Source: Micavibrio sp.
GTDB lineage: Bacteria > Patescibacteriota > Minisyncoccia > Moranbacterales > GCA-2747515
NCBI GenBank assembly: GCA_020718085.1
Contig: DYDB01000001.1
Location: 47,384-111,383, forward strand
Reading direction: 5' to 3'
Length of the DNA stretch: 64,000 nucleotides
Position numbers and translations under genes: made by a program
Notes under the pieces: model-generated
What the model was told of the DNA's origin: nothing
Seen by the model: the letters and a program-made list of their open reading frames with translations, nothing else
Databases searched by the model: none
In this document: in pieces, positions 1-10,481 of the stretch
Numbering within the stretch: the stretch's first letter is position 1
How the letters are laid out: every line of letters starts with the position of its first letter

Positions 1-1
1 A

Positions 2-97
2 TCAGTGTTCATACCTCCGACAAGCATTACATTTGTTGACATGGATGAAATGATGAAACAAATGAACCTATCGATCCCGGATGGCGATACGCAGTAA
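2..97 (+). CDS. 3' end of a hypothetical protein (partial)
   Basis: Open frame SVFIPPTSITFVDMDEMMKQMNLSIPDGDTQ* running from the window edge, followed by a hairpin at ~122-148. Confidence 0.55.
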   Translation, partial: SVFIPPTSITFVDMDEMMKQMNLSIPDGDTQ

Positions 98-221
98 ATG
101 TGTAATATAAGAACTTATAAGAAAAACGGCCTTAACAGCCGTTTTTCCTGTTGCCTACTTTGCAAAAAAATATTGCACGAGTATGATAGAATAAGAATAT
201 ATAAATGATAAATATGTTTTT

Positions 222-770
222 ATGACATGTAAAGGCGGTGTTAAAATTTTCCTTCTCCTGCTCATTATAATTGTAGTTGGGCTTTCGGCTGTTATGTTCT
301 CTTTTGATGATCATGGTATCGCAGAAAATGTGCAAAATAAAGCACAAGAGGCATTGCGAGACGGAGGTGAAAAAGTGATTGATAAAGTGGCCGAGGAAGG
401 GCGCGTTGCAGTCGGAGAGAAGCTCAAGGAGACCGGGGAAAAAATGATGACGGTGGAAAATAATGATCCGGGTGTGTACCAAAAATATGACGAAAATATT
501 GTTGCGCAGTATGAAAAAAATATTTTGTTCTTTACAGCATCATGGTGTCCCAGTTGTGTGGAGGCAGACAAAAATATACTGGCGCAAAAAAATATGATCC
601 CCACAATAATGGCAATTTATGCAGTGGATTATGATGCAGCAGTGCAATTACGTGAAAAATATCACATCGACAAACAACATACATTTGTGCAGATCGATCA
701 ATCAGGCAATGAGATTACGAGATGGACAAACAGTACAACAGTGGAAGACATTGTCTCACATATGCAGTAA
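222..770 (+). CDS. Membrane-anchored thioredoxin-like protein
   Basis: N-terminal TM segment, FFTASWCPSC CxxC motif, C-terminal Trx fold pattern. Confidence 0.85.
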   Translation: MTCKGGVKIFLLLLIIIVVGLSAVMFSFDDHGIAENVQNKAQEALRDGGEKVIDKVAEEGRVAVGEKLKETGEKMMTVENNDPGVYQKYDENIVAQYEKNILFFTASWCPSCVEADKNILAQKNMIPTIMAIYAVDYDAAVQLREKYHIDKQHTFVQIDQSGNEITRWTNSTTVEDIVSHMQ

Positions 771-793
771 TAATATAAAGTTCAGAAAAAGGT

Positions 794-1927
794 ATGGATA
801 TTTATCAAGAATCAATCGCATTACATCACAAAAATCATGGAAAGATCTCACTTAGTCTAAAAGTTGATCTCAAAACAAAGAAAGATCTCTCATTAGCGTA
901 TTCACCAGGTGTTGCCGGTGTATCACGAGCAATCAGCGAGAATCCAGAAATGGTAAAGGATCTTACGATTAAGAAAAACACAATTGCCATAGTATCGGAT
1001 GGAAGCGCAATTCTGGGTCTGGGAAATCTCGGTGCAGAAGCCGCAATTCCAGTGATGGAGGGCAAAGCTGCTCTTTTTAAGAGATTTGCTGATGTTGATG
1101 CATTCCCAATTTGTCTTGCGACACAGGATGTGGAAGAGATCATTGAAACGGTTAAGCGAATCGCGCCGGTTTTTGGCGGAATCAATTTGGAGGATATCAG
1201 TGCACCGCGATGTTTTGAAATTGAAGAACGATTACGTAAAGAAATGACCATTCCAGTAATGCATGACGATCAACATGGCACGGCAGTTGTAGTACTGGCC
1301 GGACTTATGAATGCAATAAAAATTCGTGGTGGTCAAAAAGAAGATCTAAAAGTTGTGATGAATGGCGTGGGTTCTGCCGGTGTGGCAATTACAAAGATCC
1401 TTTTGGAGTGGGGTGTAAAAGATATTGTGCTTTCTGACAGTCGTGGTGTGGTCACGATAGATCGTGATGACATTAATGATGTGAAGAGATCGATGGCAGG
1501 ACAGACAAACCCGCGTAAAGTCTCAGGTATGATGGAAGATGCACTTGTGGGTGCAGATGTATTTATCGGCGTATCAGTTGGTAATATTCTTACAGAAAAG
1601 CATATAGAAAGAATGGCCAAAGACCCGATCATTTTTGCACTTGCAAATCCAGAACCGGAAATTATGCCGGATATTGCCAAAAAAGCCGGTGCATTTATTG
1701 TGGCAACAGGACGCAGTGATTTTCCAAATCAAGTGAACAATGTCTTGGCATTTCCAGGCATATTTCGAGGTGCTTTGGACCATGACATCGTACAATTTAC
1801 AGATGATATGTTCATTAAGGCGGCGCAGGCAATTGCAGCATGTGTAAGCGAACTATCCGTTGATATGATCATTCCAGACCCCTTTGACGAAAGTGTCGCA
1901 CCAGCGGTTGCTGCAGTGATCAGATAG
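794..1927 (+). CDS. NAD(P)-dependent malic enzyme (short type)
   Basis: AYSPGVA, INLEDISAPRCF, HDDQHGTA, FALANP, TGRSDFPNQVNN motifs. Confidence 0.95.
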   Translation: MDIYQESIALHHKNHGKISLSLKVDLKTKKDLSLAYSPGVAGVSRAISENPEMVKDLTIKKNTIAIVSDGSAILGLGNLGAEAAIPVMEGKAALFKRFADVDAFPICLATQDVEEIIETVKRIAPVFGGINLEDISAPRCFEIEERLRKEMTIPVMHDDQHGTAVVVLAGLMNAIKIRGGQKEDLKVVMNGVGSAGVAITKILLEWGVKDIVLSDSRGVVTIDRDDINDVKRSMAGQTNPRKVSGMMEDALVGADVFIGVSVGNILTEKHIERMAKDPIIFALANPEPEIMPDIAKKAGAFIVATGRSDFPNQVNNVLAFPGIFRGALDHDIVQFTDDMFIKAAQAIAACVSELSVDMIIPDPFDESVAPAVAAVIR

Positions 1928-2004
1928 TTAGCGCATGCGACAGTACCAATGATGTATGGTAAAATTGAAGTATGTTGACGTAATGAGAGAAAATAAAAGT
2001 ATAT

Positions 2005-3003
2005 ATGAAAAAAAATATCAAGAGAGTTTTCTATGCGCTTATTGTGATCTTCGTAGTCTTTTTTTTGTGGCAAAGATTTAGTGGAAAAACAAAGGATGCA
2101 CAACAAGAATCAATTGTCGTGGGAAAAGGTGCAGTTATGGAAACTGTGAGTGATAGTGGGGAGATTCAGCCAGTCTCATATGCCAATTTGTCTTTTGAAG
2201 TGCCAAGTGTGATCGAGTGGATCGGTGCGAATATTGGAGATGAAGTAAAAAAAGGACAGGTCATGATCCGGATCGATCGTGATCAATTGGGAGCACAAAT
2301 TCACAGTGCGCGCATTACTGTGGAAAAAGCAATTGCTGCAGAAGAGCTTGCACGACGTAAGTGGGATGATTATAAGCCGGAGCAAAAATACAGCATTCTT
2401 AAAGATGTAGAACAGGCGCGCGCGCAATTGGCAGCAACACGATCACAATGGACAAAAACTGAAATCGTATCACCAATTGATGGTATTGTTACACAGCAAG
2501 ACGGACGTGTGGGAGAGGTGGCGAGTGGCACCGTTATGCGTGTGATCGATCCTTCGGTCATGCACATTGAGGCATTTATGTCAGAGTCCGATGTGCCAAA
2601 GATGCATGTTGGTCAAGAGGCAAAGATCACATTTGACGCTTTTGATGATGAATTGTTTCGCGCAGAAATCGAGCAGATCGATCCAGAAGCTGTACAAATC
2701 CAAGACGTGACATATTATCGCACATTGCTCAAAATGGATCATGTGGAGGAACGTATGCGTCCAGGTATGAGCGTGGATGTGGATATTATCGTTGCACAAA
2801 AAGATGATGTTTTGGCAATTCCAATTCGATTTATGCGGTCGGATGACACGGGAGACTTTGTGTATATATCGGATGGAAAAGAAGGATATGCAAAACAATA
2901 TATTACACGTGGATTGGAAGGAGATAATGGTAACGTGGAGATCGTGAGCGGATTGCAAGAGGGACAAGAGATCTTTGCGATATATGATGAAGATAAAAAA
3001 TGA
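2005..3003 (+). CDS. Efflux RND/MacA-type membrane fusion protein
   Basis: N-terminal TM, lipoyl-like halves (IVSPIDGIV), MRPGMSV, upstream of ABC ATPase. Confidence 0.9.
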   Translation: MKKNIKRVFYALIVIFVVFFLWQRFSGKTKDAQQESIVVGKGAVMETVSDSGEIQPVSYANLSFEVPSVIEWIGANIGDEVKKGQVMIRIDRDQLGAQIHSARITVEKAIAAEELARRKWDDYKPEQKYSILKDVEQARAQLAATRSQWTKTEIVSPIDGIVTQQDGRVGEVASGTVMRVIDPSVMHIEAFMSESDVPKMHVGQEAKITFDAFDDELFRAEIEQIDPEAVQIQDVTYYRTLLKMDHVEERMRPGMSVDVDIIVAQKDDVLAIPIRFMRSDDTGDFVYISDGKEGYAKQYITRGLEGDNGNVEIVSGLQEGQEIFAIYDEDKK

Positions 3004-3004
3004 T

Positions 3005-3784
3005 ATGGCACAAGAAGAGGTGATCATTGCATGTAAGAATTTGCAGAAGGTGTATGATATGGGTGAAACAAAAACACATGCACTTTGTGATGCGTCATGT
3101 GAGATTCGGCGTGGGGAGTTTGTGTCAATTATGGGACCAAGCGGATCTGGTAAGTCAACTTTGATGCATGTACTCAGTTTATTGGAGCGACCAACAGGCG
3201 GTTCGTATCTTTTTCGTGGGAAAGATGCATTGATCTTTGATGATGAAGAACTTGCGCGCATCCGTAATCAAGAAATTGGATTTGTGTTTCAATCTTTTAA
3301 TCTTTTATCGCGCGTAAGTGTGCTGGAGAATGTGGAATTGCCACTTTTGTATGATTTTTATAGTGATGACACGGCATCAGACAAAAAAACATTTCTCGGA
3401 AGATTATTAGGATCGACCGGAAAAAAAGAACGTGTTAAAAAAGCATTGGCGGATGTGGATATGTTACACAGGATCGACTTCATGCCGCACCAACTCTCCG
3501 GCGGAGAAAAACAGCGTGTGGCAATTGCACGTGCTCTTGTGAACAATCCGGATGTGATCTTTGCAGATGAGCCAACGGGCAATCTTGATTCTAAATCAGG
3601 AACGCAAGTTTTGCGCATCTTGCAACATTTGCATAAAAAGGGGCATACGATCATTTTGGTCACACATGAACATGCAACTGCTGAACATGCTGAAAGAATT
3701 TTGCGTATCAGTGATGGATGTATTGTGTCTGATGAAAAAGTTTCACAGAGGCGCTTTGCGGATGATGTTGTGCTTGTTAAATAA
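3005..3784 (+). CDS. MacB/LolD-type ABC transporter ATP-binding protein
   Basis: [33 protein letters not shown]; start reassigned to ATG 3005. Confidence 0.95.
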   Translation: MAQEEVIIACKNLQKVYDMGETKTHALCDASCEIRRGEFVSIMGPSGSGKSTLMHVLSLLERPTGGSYLFRGKDALIFDDEELARIRNQEIGFVFQSFNLLSRVSVLENVELPLLYDFYSDDTASDKKTFLGRLLGSTGKKERVKKALADVDMLHRIDFMPHQLSGGEKQRVAIARALVNNPDVIFADEPTGNLDSKSGTQVLRILQHLHKKGHTIILVTHEHATAEHAERILRISDGCIVSDEKVSQRRFADDVVLVK

Positions 3785-3811
3785 TATACAAAAAACTGTT
3801 AGTATTTTTTT

Positions 3812-5059
3812 ATGATCCGTCAATTGCTTCTCTCACTTCGTATCACGTGGCAAAATTTTTTTGCGGCAAAGTTGCGCACATCTTTGACGGTTTTAGGTAT
3901 TGTTATTGGCATTGCTGCCATTTTGATCGTTATGAGCATCGGAGCGAGCGCACAAGATCTGATTCTTGGTCAAATTCGTGCTGTAGGATCGAATTTGATT
4001 GGTATTTTGCCAGGTGCATCGGAAGATGATGGTCCGCCGGCGAGTGCATTTGGTATTGTGATCACAACCCTTACAAATGATGACCTGGAGGCTTTGAGAA
4101 AAAAGAGTAATGTGCCACATGCGGTTGCAATTTCCGGTTATGTCACAGGTAACGCTATTGTCAAAAGTAAAAATTATACCAAATCACAAACGTTTCAAGG
4201 CGTCTCGGCAGATATGATCAATGTGGAAAACAACACAATTTCTACCGGACGTTTTTTTTCTGTTGCGGAAGATGAAAAAAATGCACACGTTGCCGTATTG
4301 GGAGCGACAATTGCAAAAGACATTTTTGATGATGCTGATCCTCTTGGTAAAAAAATCAAGATCGATGATCAAACATTTCGAGTTGTTGGCGTACTAAAGC
4401 CAAAGGGTTCATCATTGATCTCTAATTTTGACGAGATGATCTATATCCCACTTCAGGCTGCACAAAAAAATCTTTTGGGAATTGATCACTTGAATTTCAT
4501 TCGTTTACGTGTGGATAGTGAAGAACATATGGTACAAACAGAAAAAGATGTAGATGCGCTTTTACGATCAAGACATGATATTCCTGATGATGAAAATGGG
4601 GATTATTCCATACGCAATATGGCAAGCGCTTTGTCGATCATCAATAATGTAACCAACATTATGAAATATTTTCTTGCAGCAGTTGCTGCGGTCTCTTTGA
4701 TCGTCGGAGGAATTGGTGTGATGAACATCATGTTCATTGCACTATCACAACGTATTCGTGAAATTGGTTTACGCAAGGCAGTAGGCGCACGCAAAAGAGA
4801 TATTGTGACGCAATTCCTTTTTGAGTCCATGACCATTGCTTGTGTTGGAGGAATTGTTGGATTTTTAAGCGGTTTGGGTGTGGTGTATTTTGTAGGCTAT
4901 GTTGCACGCGTACAAGGTTATACATGGACGGTCTTTCTTTCGTGGAATATGGTCGTGATGGCATTGATCACATCAGCGATCTTGGGATTCTTTTTCGGCA
5001 TTTATCCGGCATGGAAAGCATCGAAAATCTCTCCAATGGAAGCATTACGTTACGAATAA
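3812..5059 (+). CDS. MacB-family ABC permease
   Basis: LRTSLTVLGIVIG, GGIGVMNIM, REIGLRKAVGA, PMEALRYE. Confidence 0.93.
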   Translation: MIRQLLLSLRITWQNFFAAKLRTSLTVLGIVIGIAAILIVMSIGASAQDLILGQIRAVGSNLIGILPGASEDDGPPASAFGIVITTLTNDDLEALRKKSNVPHAVAISGYVTGNAIVKSKNYTKSQTFQGVSADMINVENNTISTGRFFSVAEDEKNAHVAVLGATIAKDIFDDADPLGKKIKIDDQTFRVVGVLKPKGSSLISNFDEMIYIPLQAAQKNLLGIDHLNFIRLRVDSEEHMVQTEKDVDALLRSRHDIPDDENGDYSIRNMASALSIINNVTNIMKYFLAAVAAVSLIVGGIGVMNIMFIALSQRIREIGLRKAVGARKRDIVTQFLFESMTIACVGGIVGFLSGLGVVYFVGYVARVQGYTWTVFLSWNMVVMALITSAILGFFFGIYPAWKASKISPMEALRYE

Positions 5060-5064
5060 AAAAT

Positions 5065-6321
5065 ATGAATATCATTTCTCTTATTATTATTTCGGTCAAA
5101 AGTCTCTTTTCGCATAAGATGCGTACAGTTTTGACGCTTTTGGGTATTATTGTAAGTGTAATGGCGATCATGAGCGTGGTGACAATGGGTGAATCCTTTC
5201 AGTCATATGTGAGCGGTGAAATTGAGGCATTTGGCACCGACACGATCCAAGTAGAAACATCCCTTCCTGAAACGGAGCATGTATCTTCTGAGAATGCATC
5301 AAGCATGGCGATGGGCGTGCAAATTACTACGCTTACGGAAGATGATGCAGAGGCATTGGCGCAATTGCCAAATGTTGTAGCGTATAACACGGGACTTCTC
5401 GGACAGGCGCGGGCGAAGTATGATGATAAAAAAAGATATGTAACAATTTTGGGGTCTAGTGCTGATGCACTAGTTGTCGATCCTGGCGCTGAGATCGCAT
5501 ACGGAAGATTTTTTACAGAAGAAGAACATCGCACATCGGAAAATGTGATCGTTGTAGGTTCCACAGTTGCAGAAGCACTTTTTGATAAGGTGGGGGATGA
5601 AGTGATTGGAACACGCGTTACTCTCAATGATAATCGATATAAGGTGGTGGGTATTTTGAAAGAGCGTGGCGCTTCATTTGGATTTTCTTTTGATGATATG
5701 GTATATATGCCGCATACCACATTACAAAAAAAGATCTTGGGCATTGATTACTTGAGTTACATTACTTTTAAGGTGGGTGATGTGCAAACAATTGATCAAA
5801 CAGCAGAAAGTATGCGATGGATATTGCGCTCGCGTCATGAAATTGATACGCCAAGTGAGGATGATTTTTCTGTTATGACGATCATTGAAGCACAAGACAT
5901 GTTTGATACAATCCTTGGCGGTGTAAATATCTTACTTCTGGCTCTGGCTTCCATTTCTCTTTTGGTTGGTGGAATTGGAATTATGAATATTATGCTGGTG
6001 TCGATTGAAGAACGGCGCATGGAAATTGGTTTGCGGAAAGCTCTTGGTGCGCGTAAGCGAGACATCATCAAGCAGTTTGTGATCGAATCAATTGTGATCG
6101 CATGTGCAGGATCGATCATTGGCATTATTATCACCACAGTTCTTCTCTCCGCTGCATTTGCTGCGATTCGTTATGCAGGGTTTGATGACATTAATTTTTA
6201 TATTCCCACACGAGCAATACTTGTGGCGATGATCTTTTCTGTGTCATCAGGCATTATCTTTGGTGTATATCCGGCACGTCGTGCAGCGGCGATCTCACCC
6301 ATGCAAGCAATCTCCTCGTAA
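5065..6321 (+). CDS. Second MacB-family ABC permease
   Basis: MRTVLTLLGII, GGIGIMNIM, EIGLRKALGA; true start ATG 5065 rather than 4840. Confidence 0.92.
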   Translation: MNIISLIIISVKSLFSHKMRTVLTLLGIIVSVMAIMSVVTMGESFQSYVSGEIEAFGTDTIQVETSLPETEHVSSENASSMAMGVQITTLTEDDAEALAQLPNVVAYNTGLLGQARAKYDDKKRYVTILGSSADALVVDPGAEIAYGRFFTEEEHRTSENVIVVGSTVAEALFDKVGDEVIGTRVTLNDNRYKVVGILKERGASFGFSFDDMVYMPHTTLQKKILGIDYLSYITFKVGDVQTIDQTAESMRWILRSRHEIDTPSEDDFSVMTIIEAQDMFDTILGGVNILLLALASISLLVGGIGIMNIMLVSIEERRMEIGLRKALGARKRDIIKQFVIESIVIACAGSIIGIIITTVLLSAAFAAIRYAGFDDINFYIPTRAILVAMIFSVSSGIIFGVYPARRAAAISPMQAISS

Positions 6322-6356
6322 TAACGGTTCAAATAAAGTAGAAATTGTGTATTTTT

Positions 6357-6413
6357 TGTCATTCCAGACCTGCCTACCGACAGGCAAACGTCGACTTTGT
6401 TTCTAGGATGACA
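6357..6413. repeat. REP-like palindrome family A (TGTCATTCC...GATGACA) containing a CCTGCC micro-palindrome
   Basis: Terminal inverted repeat; similar copies at 13284 and 27140. Confidence 0.75.
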
Positions 6414-6431
6414 AGCATATCAGTTTCATAT

Positions 6432-6459
6432 AAAAAACCGCCACGGAGGGCGGTTTTTT
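6432..6459. terminator. Bidirectional intrinsic terminator
   Basis: AAAAAACCGCC-ACGGAG-GGCGGTTTTTT between convergent genes. Confidence 0.8.
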
Positions 6460-6477
6460 CGTAAATGCGTGGAAAAG

Positions 6478-6720
6478 CTATTTTTTACGTCCAGTAAGGA
6501 GAGCAGCAATGCTTGCGCCGATTGCTGCACCTGCAGCAGCAGAAATTGCAGCTGCCTTTGCCGGGTTCTTCTTGATGAAATCAGCAACTTTCTTTTCTGC
6601 AACAACGAGTTCCTTTTTTACTTTTTTCATCTCTCTTTCAGCCACTTTTTGCAGCTTTTGAGCCTCTTTTTTAGCAATTGCACGCGGGTCAATCTTCTTT
6701 TTTGCGGTTTTTTGTACCAT
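6478..6720 (-). CDS. Small basic tail-anchored protein, ElaB/YqjD (DUF883)-like
   Basis: Lys-rich helical N-terminus then IKKNPAKAAAISAAAGAAIGASIAALL-RKK C-terminal anchor. Confidence 0.6.
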   Translation of the reverse strand: MVQKTAKKKIDPRAIAKKEAQKLQKVAEREMKKVKKELVVAEKKVADFIKKNPAKAAAISAAAGAAIGASIAALLTGRKK

Positions 6721-6897
6721 TGTTTTATTTTTACATATTACACGCCCTCATTATAACACATTATGTAAAAATACCAACAAAAAGCCATTTTTTATGGTAT
6801 TATGAGATACTTGACAAAAAAGCAATTTTCTGCTATTATAGTTGGTTAACTCGACGATGTACGGAGATGTCTATCATAATAGAAATTATATTGTTTT

Positions 6898-7860
6898 ATG
6901 AACAGCAATCAACAAAAAAAGATCACTGTGATCATTCCTACATTTAATGTGGAGGATTTGATTGAGCAGGCAATTCGCTCTGTTTTATGGGCAGATGAGA
7001 TCTTTGTTGTGGACTCTTTTTCGACAGATCGTACAGTTGAGATCGCAAAAAAATATGGTGTGCGTGTTGTACAACATGAGTATGTGTACAGTGCAAAACA
7101 GAAAAACTGGGCAATTCCACAAGCAAAAAATGACTGGATACTTCTTCTTGATAGTGATGAGGTTGTAACAGATGAGCTTCGTGATACGATCCAACACATG
7201 CTTGCAACAAATAATATTGAATCATTTGATGGATTTGGTATTGCACGCAAACACTACTTTTTGGGAAAGTTCTTGCGATGGGGCGGACGATATCCATTGT
7301 ATAATATTCGATTATTCCGTAAGTCATGTCGCTATGAAGATCGCAATGTGCATGCACATATCATTCTTGCAAAAGATCGTATGAAAAATATTTCCGGAGA
7401 TATCTTGCACTATAGTGATCGATCATTGGAACAGTTTTTTGAGAAATTCAATCGATATTCCACATGGCAAGCAAACTACATGTTGCGTGTCTATGAACAT
7501 GGTATGACAAAGATCTCGTGGACAATGTTTTTGACAAATCCGTTTTATGCAAAGGCGATGATCAAAGACTTATGGACGTTTATTCCGTTGACGCCGCTCA
7601 TTCGCTTTGTATACATGTTCGTATTACGGTTAGGATTTTTGGATGGACGACACGGATTTATGATCGCATTCTTCTATGCATTTCAAGATTATGTTGCAAA
7701 AACCAAATATCTCGAGATGCGTAAAAAATCACCGAAGATGCGTCTCACATTCCAAAAGTATGTTGCAAAAAGTTGTGCATCACTCTGGCAATCACATAAA
7801 GGTTTTGGTAGCTATGTCGATAATGACTTCTCAATTAAAAGTAATAATGTAACCATATGA
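6898..7860 (+). CDS. Glycosyltransferase family 2
   Basis: ITVIIPTFN, VVDSFSTDRT, LLDSDE (DxD); consensus promoter upstream (~6812-6840). Confidence 0.9.
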   Translation: MNSNQQKKITVIIPTFNVEDLIEQAIRSVLWADEIFVVDSFSTDRTVEIAKKYGVRVVQHEYVYSAKQKNWAIPQAKNDWILLLDSDEVVTDELRDTIQHMLATNNIESFDGFGIARKHYFLGKFLRWGGRYPLYNIRLFRKSCRYEDRNVHAHIILAKDRMKNISGDILHYSDRSLEQFFEKFNRYSTWQANYMLRVYEHGMTKISWTMFLTNPFYAKAMIKDLWTFIPLTPLIRFVYMFVLRLGFLDGRHGFMIAFFYAFQDYVAKTKYLEMRKKSPKMRLTFQKYVAKSCASLWQSHKGFGSYVDNDFSIKSNNVTI

Positions 7861-8678
7861 ACCATATAACAATTACAGACATGATGTCACGATGGCGTAT
7901 GCTCTTGGTGTTCACAATTGTGTTTGGACTCATTGCATTCATTGTATCTGCACTGCTTCCTGCGAAGTATCAAAGTGACATACAAATGATCGTGATCCAA
8001 AAACAAGCGGATGACAAGGTGGACGCATTCAGTGCGACAAAGTCTGCAGAGTTCTTGAGCAATATTTTTGCACAAGCGATCTATACTACGTCGTTTTTCA
8101 ATAGCGTGCAGGATGCACCGTTTGATGTGCGACGCACATTTTCTCATGATCCGGAAAAACGTCAAAAAGAATGGGAAAAATTCATCAATGTAAAAAAAGT
8201 GAACAATACCGGTATTCTCAAGATCAGTGTATATGACGAATCTCGCAAAACAGCGGAAGAAACAGCAAAAGCGATCGCATATATTTTGACCACGAACAGT
8301 GAATCATATCATGGTGGTGGCGCGCGGGTGGAAGTGCGTTTGATCGACGGACCAAATACACCGCTTCGACCGACAGTGCCATATATTATTCCCAATACGA
8401 TCGTTGGTGCACTTGGCGGCATGATCATTGCAATGATACTTATCTATTTTTTCCCGGCAGTACAATTTAGTACGTCACATACGCCCATAGATCAATATGC
8501 GCAAGAAGTGGAAGAAATGATGGTATATGAGCCGACCACAGTTGTATTCGCACCGGAAGAAATGCAAGAAGATATCGTATCTGAACATTTCAATAAGGTG
8601 GGTGGGACGATCGAATTTGATCCTGAGGTGGAGGAACTTCACAAGCGGATCAGTGAATTTCGTACAACAAACGGTTAA
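7857..8678 (+). CDS. Wzz/CapA-like polysaccharide chain-length protein
   Basis: Two TM segments, PAKYQS after TM1, Pro-rich motif before TM2. Confidence 0.75.
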   Translation: MNHITITDMMSRWRMLLVFTIVFGLIAFIVSALLPAKYQSDIQMIVIQKQADDKVDAFSATKSAEFLSNIFAQAIYTTSFFNSVQDAPFDVRRTFSHDPEKRQKEWEKFINVKKVNNTGILKISVYDESRKTAEETAKAIAYILTTNSESYHGGGARVEVRLIDGPNTPLRPTVPYIIPNTIVGALGGMIIAMILIYFFPAVQFSTSHTPIDQYAQEVEEMMVYEPTTVVFAPEEMQEDIVSEHFNKVGGTIEFDPEVEELHKRISEFRTTNG

Positions 8679-8685
8679 AAAGATA

Positions 8686-8854
8686 TTGCATGCACACGTG
8701 ATCCATGATACACTGACCTACTTAATAGGAAAGAATCAAAGGATCACACATTCTGCTGTGTAGCACAAAGATTTTTGTGCTACATGCAGAGTCAGAAAAG
8801 GTCTGATTCTAGAATTTGTTCTTATAAAAGAAGTATTTACATAGCCTAAGGAGG
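8686..8854 (+). promoter_or_regulatory. sigma70 promoter + hairpin + boxA-like motif + SD
   Basis: TTGCAT(8686)-17-TACACT(8709); hairpin ~8757-8790; TGTTCTTATAAA 8817-8828; AAGGAGG 8848-8854. Confidence 0.6.
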
Positions 8855-8863
8855 GCAAAGAAG

Positions 8864-9628
8864 ATGAGAAAATTGATGGCAGTTCTGGTAGTCTTGGTGT
8901 CATGTGCATTTGCGTCAAATTCAATTGCGGCTGTGCACGTCTATGGAAAATTGGAAAGGGTAGCGGCAGTCGTTGTGTATCTTGAGGGTCAAGGTGCACA
9001 AGATGTTTATGCCCATCCCACATCAGAGGTCATGGGAACGTACAAAGGAAAGCCATGGCCCGGTGTCAATGTCGCGACAGTGGAAAGCAGTGATGGATCC
9101 CAGGGTATTTTCGTTCCGGTTTCCAACAGCGTGCTTAAGGAAGGATTGTGCGATGATCAAAAGACGCTTCTGCGAACTTTTGTTCCACCGCCAGCTCCAG
9201 CAAAAAAAGCTCCGGCAAAGAATCTCTATGCTGGTACAGTGCCTGCAAGTTCCATGCGTACCATTCAGAGCGGTGACTCATGTGATGAGCGCCAATTTTC
9301 TGGTATGGTAACAAAGGGAGCGCTCGAGGCATCAGGCGGACAAACCGTCGATGTACTTGAGCTTCATAGACGTGCCGGAAAATCCATGGAATACAAGGCC
9401 AAACGCTTGCGAGTAGATGCATCGTCCGGTATTGCCATTCCGATGGTATGGTCCTCAGACGGAAGCTGTGTACGAAAGTACTCCGAGCAGTCCTTGACTG
9501 AGTCAGAGTTACGGACGCTTCTTTCAACCTCCGAATCGTTGCGGTCTACGACTGTAAGTGATATTGGGCGAAAAAACTTCGGTGCACATCTCACCGAAGG
9601 GGTATATCTGATATATCCGACCAAATAA
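8864..9628 (+). CDS. Secreted hypothetical protein (paralog of 9812)
   Basis: Sec-type signal peptide, Pro/Ala/Lys linker, C-terminal domain alignable with the 9812 ORF. Confidence 0.8.
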   Translation: MRKLMAVLVVLVSCAFASNSIAAVHVYGKLERVAAVVVYLEGQGAQDVYAHPTSEVMGTYKGKPWPGVNVATVESSDGSQGIFVPVSNSVLKEGLCDDQKTLLRTFVPPPAPAKKAPAKNLYAGTVPASSMRTIQSGDSCDERQFSGMVTKGALEASGGQTVDVLELHRRAGKSMEYKAKRLRVDASSGIAIPMVWSSDGSCVRKYSEQSLTESELRTLLSTSESLRSTTVSDIGRKNFGAHLTEGVYLIYPTK

Positions 9629-9688
9629 GGTGTAAAAAAAGAGCATTGGTCCCCATGTGGATCCGTGCTCTTTTCCTTTTTTCAGCTC

Positions 9689-9803
9689 TTGACAGCGAAG
9701 TGTTTTTGGTATATAATACATGGTTCTATGGTGATCGCAGTTCTGTGACACTGAGAATAGGGAATGGTTGTTCTTATTAATAATCATCGAAATCCCAAGG
9801 AGG
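9689..9803 (+). promoter_or_regulatory. sigma70 promoter + boxA-like motif + SD
   Basis: TTGACA(9689)-17-TATAAT(9712); TGTTCTTATTAA 9769-9780; AAGGAGG 9797-9803. Confidence 0.75.
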
Positions 9804-9811
9804 AAACTGCG

Positions 9812-10249
9812 ATGAAAAAGACCCTGGTGTTGCTGGTTGGGATGTGCGTAGCAGGTTGGGTGGCGAGCGCTTCTGCGGTGGACTTCGTGCAAACGGATGG
9901 AGCGATCTGTAAGGATCGCCCGTTCTCAGGCATGGTCACCAAGGCTGTGCTTGAAGTCGGTCCTTCCGATGCAATCGAAGTGATCGATCGCGGCGCAGAG
10001 TTCAAGAAGCCGGCCGCACGCTTCAAGGCCAAGCGTATCCGAATTGAAGAGGACGGCATTGCGTATCCGCTCATGGATAGCAATGACAAAAAATGCGTCG
10101 CCACAACCGCATCTGCGATGTTTGAAGAGCGAGAAGTGGAAGCCGGACTTCTCATGCCTGGCGAAAAGCTTCGTGCCCTAAGCGTCACGGATGAAGGTCG
10201 CAACAAGATCGGCGAATACAAGACGGTCCAGGTCTGGATCATCGAGTAA
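9812..10249 (+). CDS. Secreted hypothetical protein (paralog of 8864 C-terminal domain)
   Basis: SD-supported ATG 9812; MKKTLVLLVGMCVAGWVASASA signal peptide; FSGMVTK and KAKR motifs shared with 8864. Confidence 0.82.
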   Translation: MKKTLVLLVGMCVAGWVASASAVDFVQTDGAICKDRPFSGMVTKAVLEVGPSDAIEVIDRGAEFKKPAARFKAKRIRIEEDGIAYPLMDSNDKKCVATTASAMFEEREVEAGLLMPGEKLRALSVTDEGRNKIGEYKTVQVWIIE

Positions 10250-10260
10250 GCGCCGGTAAC

Positions 10261-10309
10261 AAGGGTGTTGCAAGAATGCTATAATGGCAAACTTGCAACA
10301 CCCTTTTTT
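10261..10309 (+). terminator. Intrinsic terminator
   Basis: AAGGGTGTTGCAAG...CTTGCAACACCCTT followed by a T-run. Confidence 0.75.
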
Positions 10310-10370
10310 CATTATAAAATATATCTATTTATCTTTTTTCAAACAGTAAGTAATGATCTAATAACATACA

Positions 10371-10481
10371 TGTCTTTGCGAGGAGCGGAACGAAATATAG
10401 CGACGAAGCAACCTTTGGTCATTGTATAAAAATATAACATATTAGTATGGGATTGCTTCGTTGTCTCTCCTCGCAAAGACA
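10371..10481. repeat. REP-like family B (GTCWTTGCGAG...ACGAAGCAATCT / GATTGCTTCG...CTCGCAAWGAC)
   Basis: Paired inverted halves; homologous copies at 13962, 49104 and 58551. Confidence 0.8.

Noticed and set aside
4840-5064. N-terminal extension of the second permease in the ORF track
   Set aside because: It overlaps the upstream permease out of frame; homology to MacB starts at ATG 5065.
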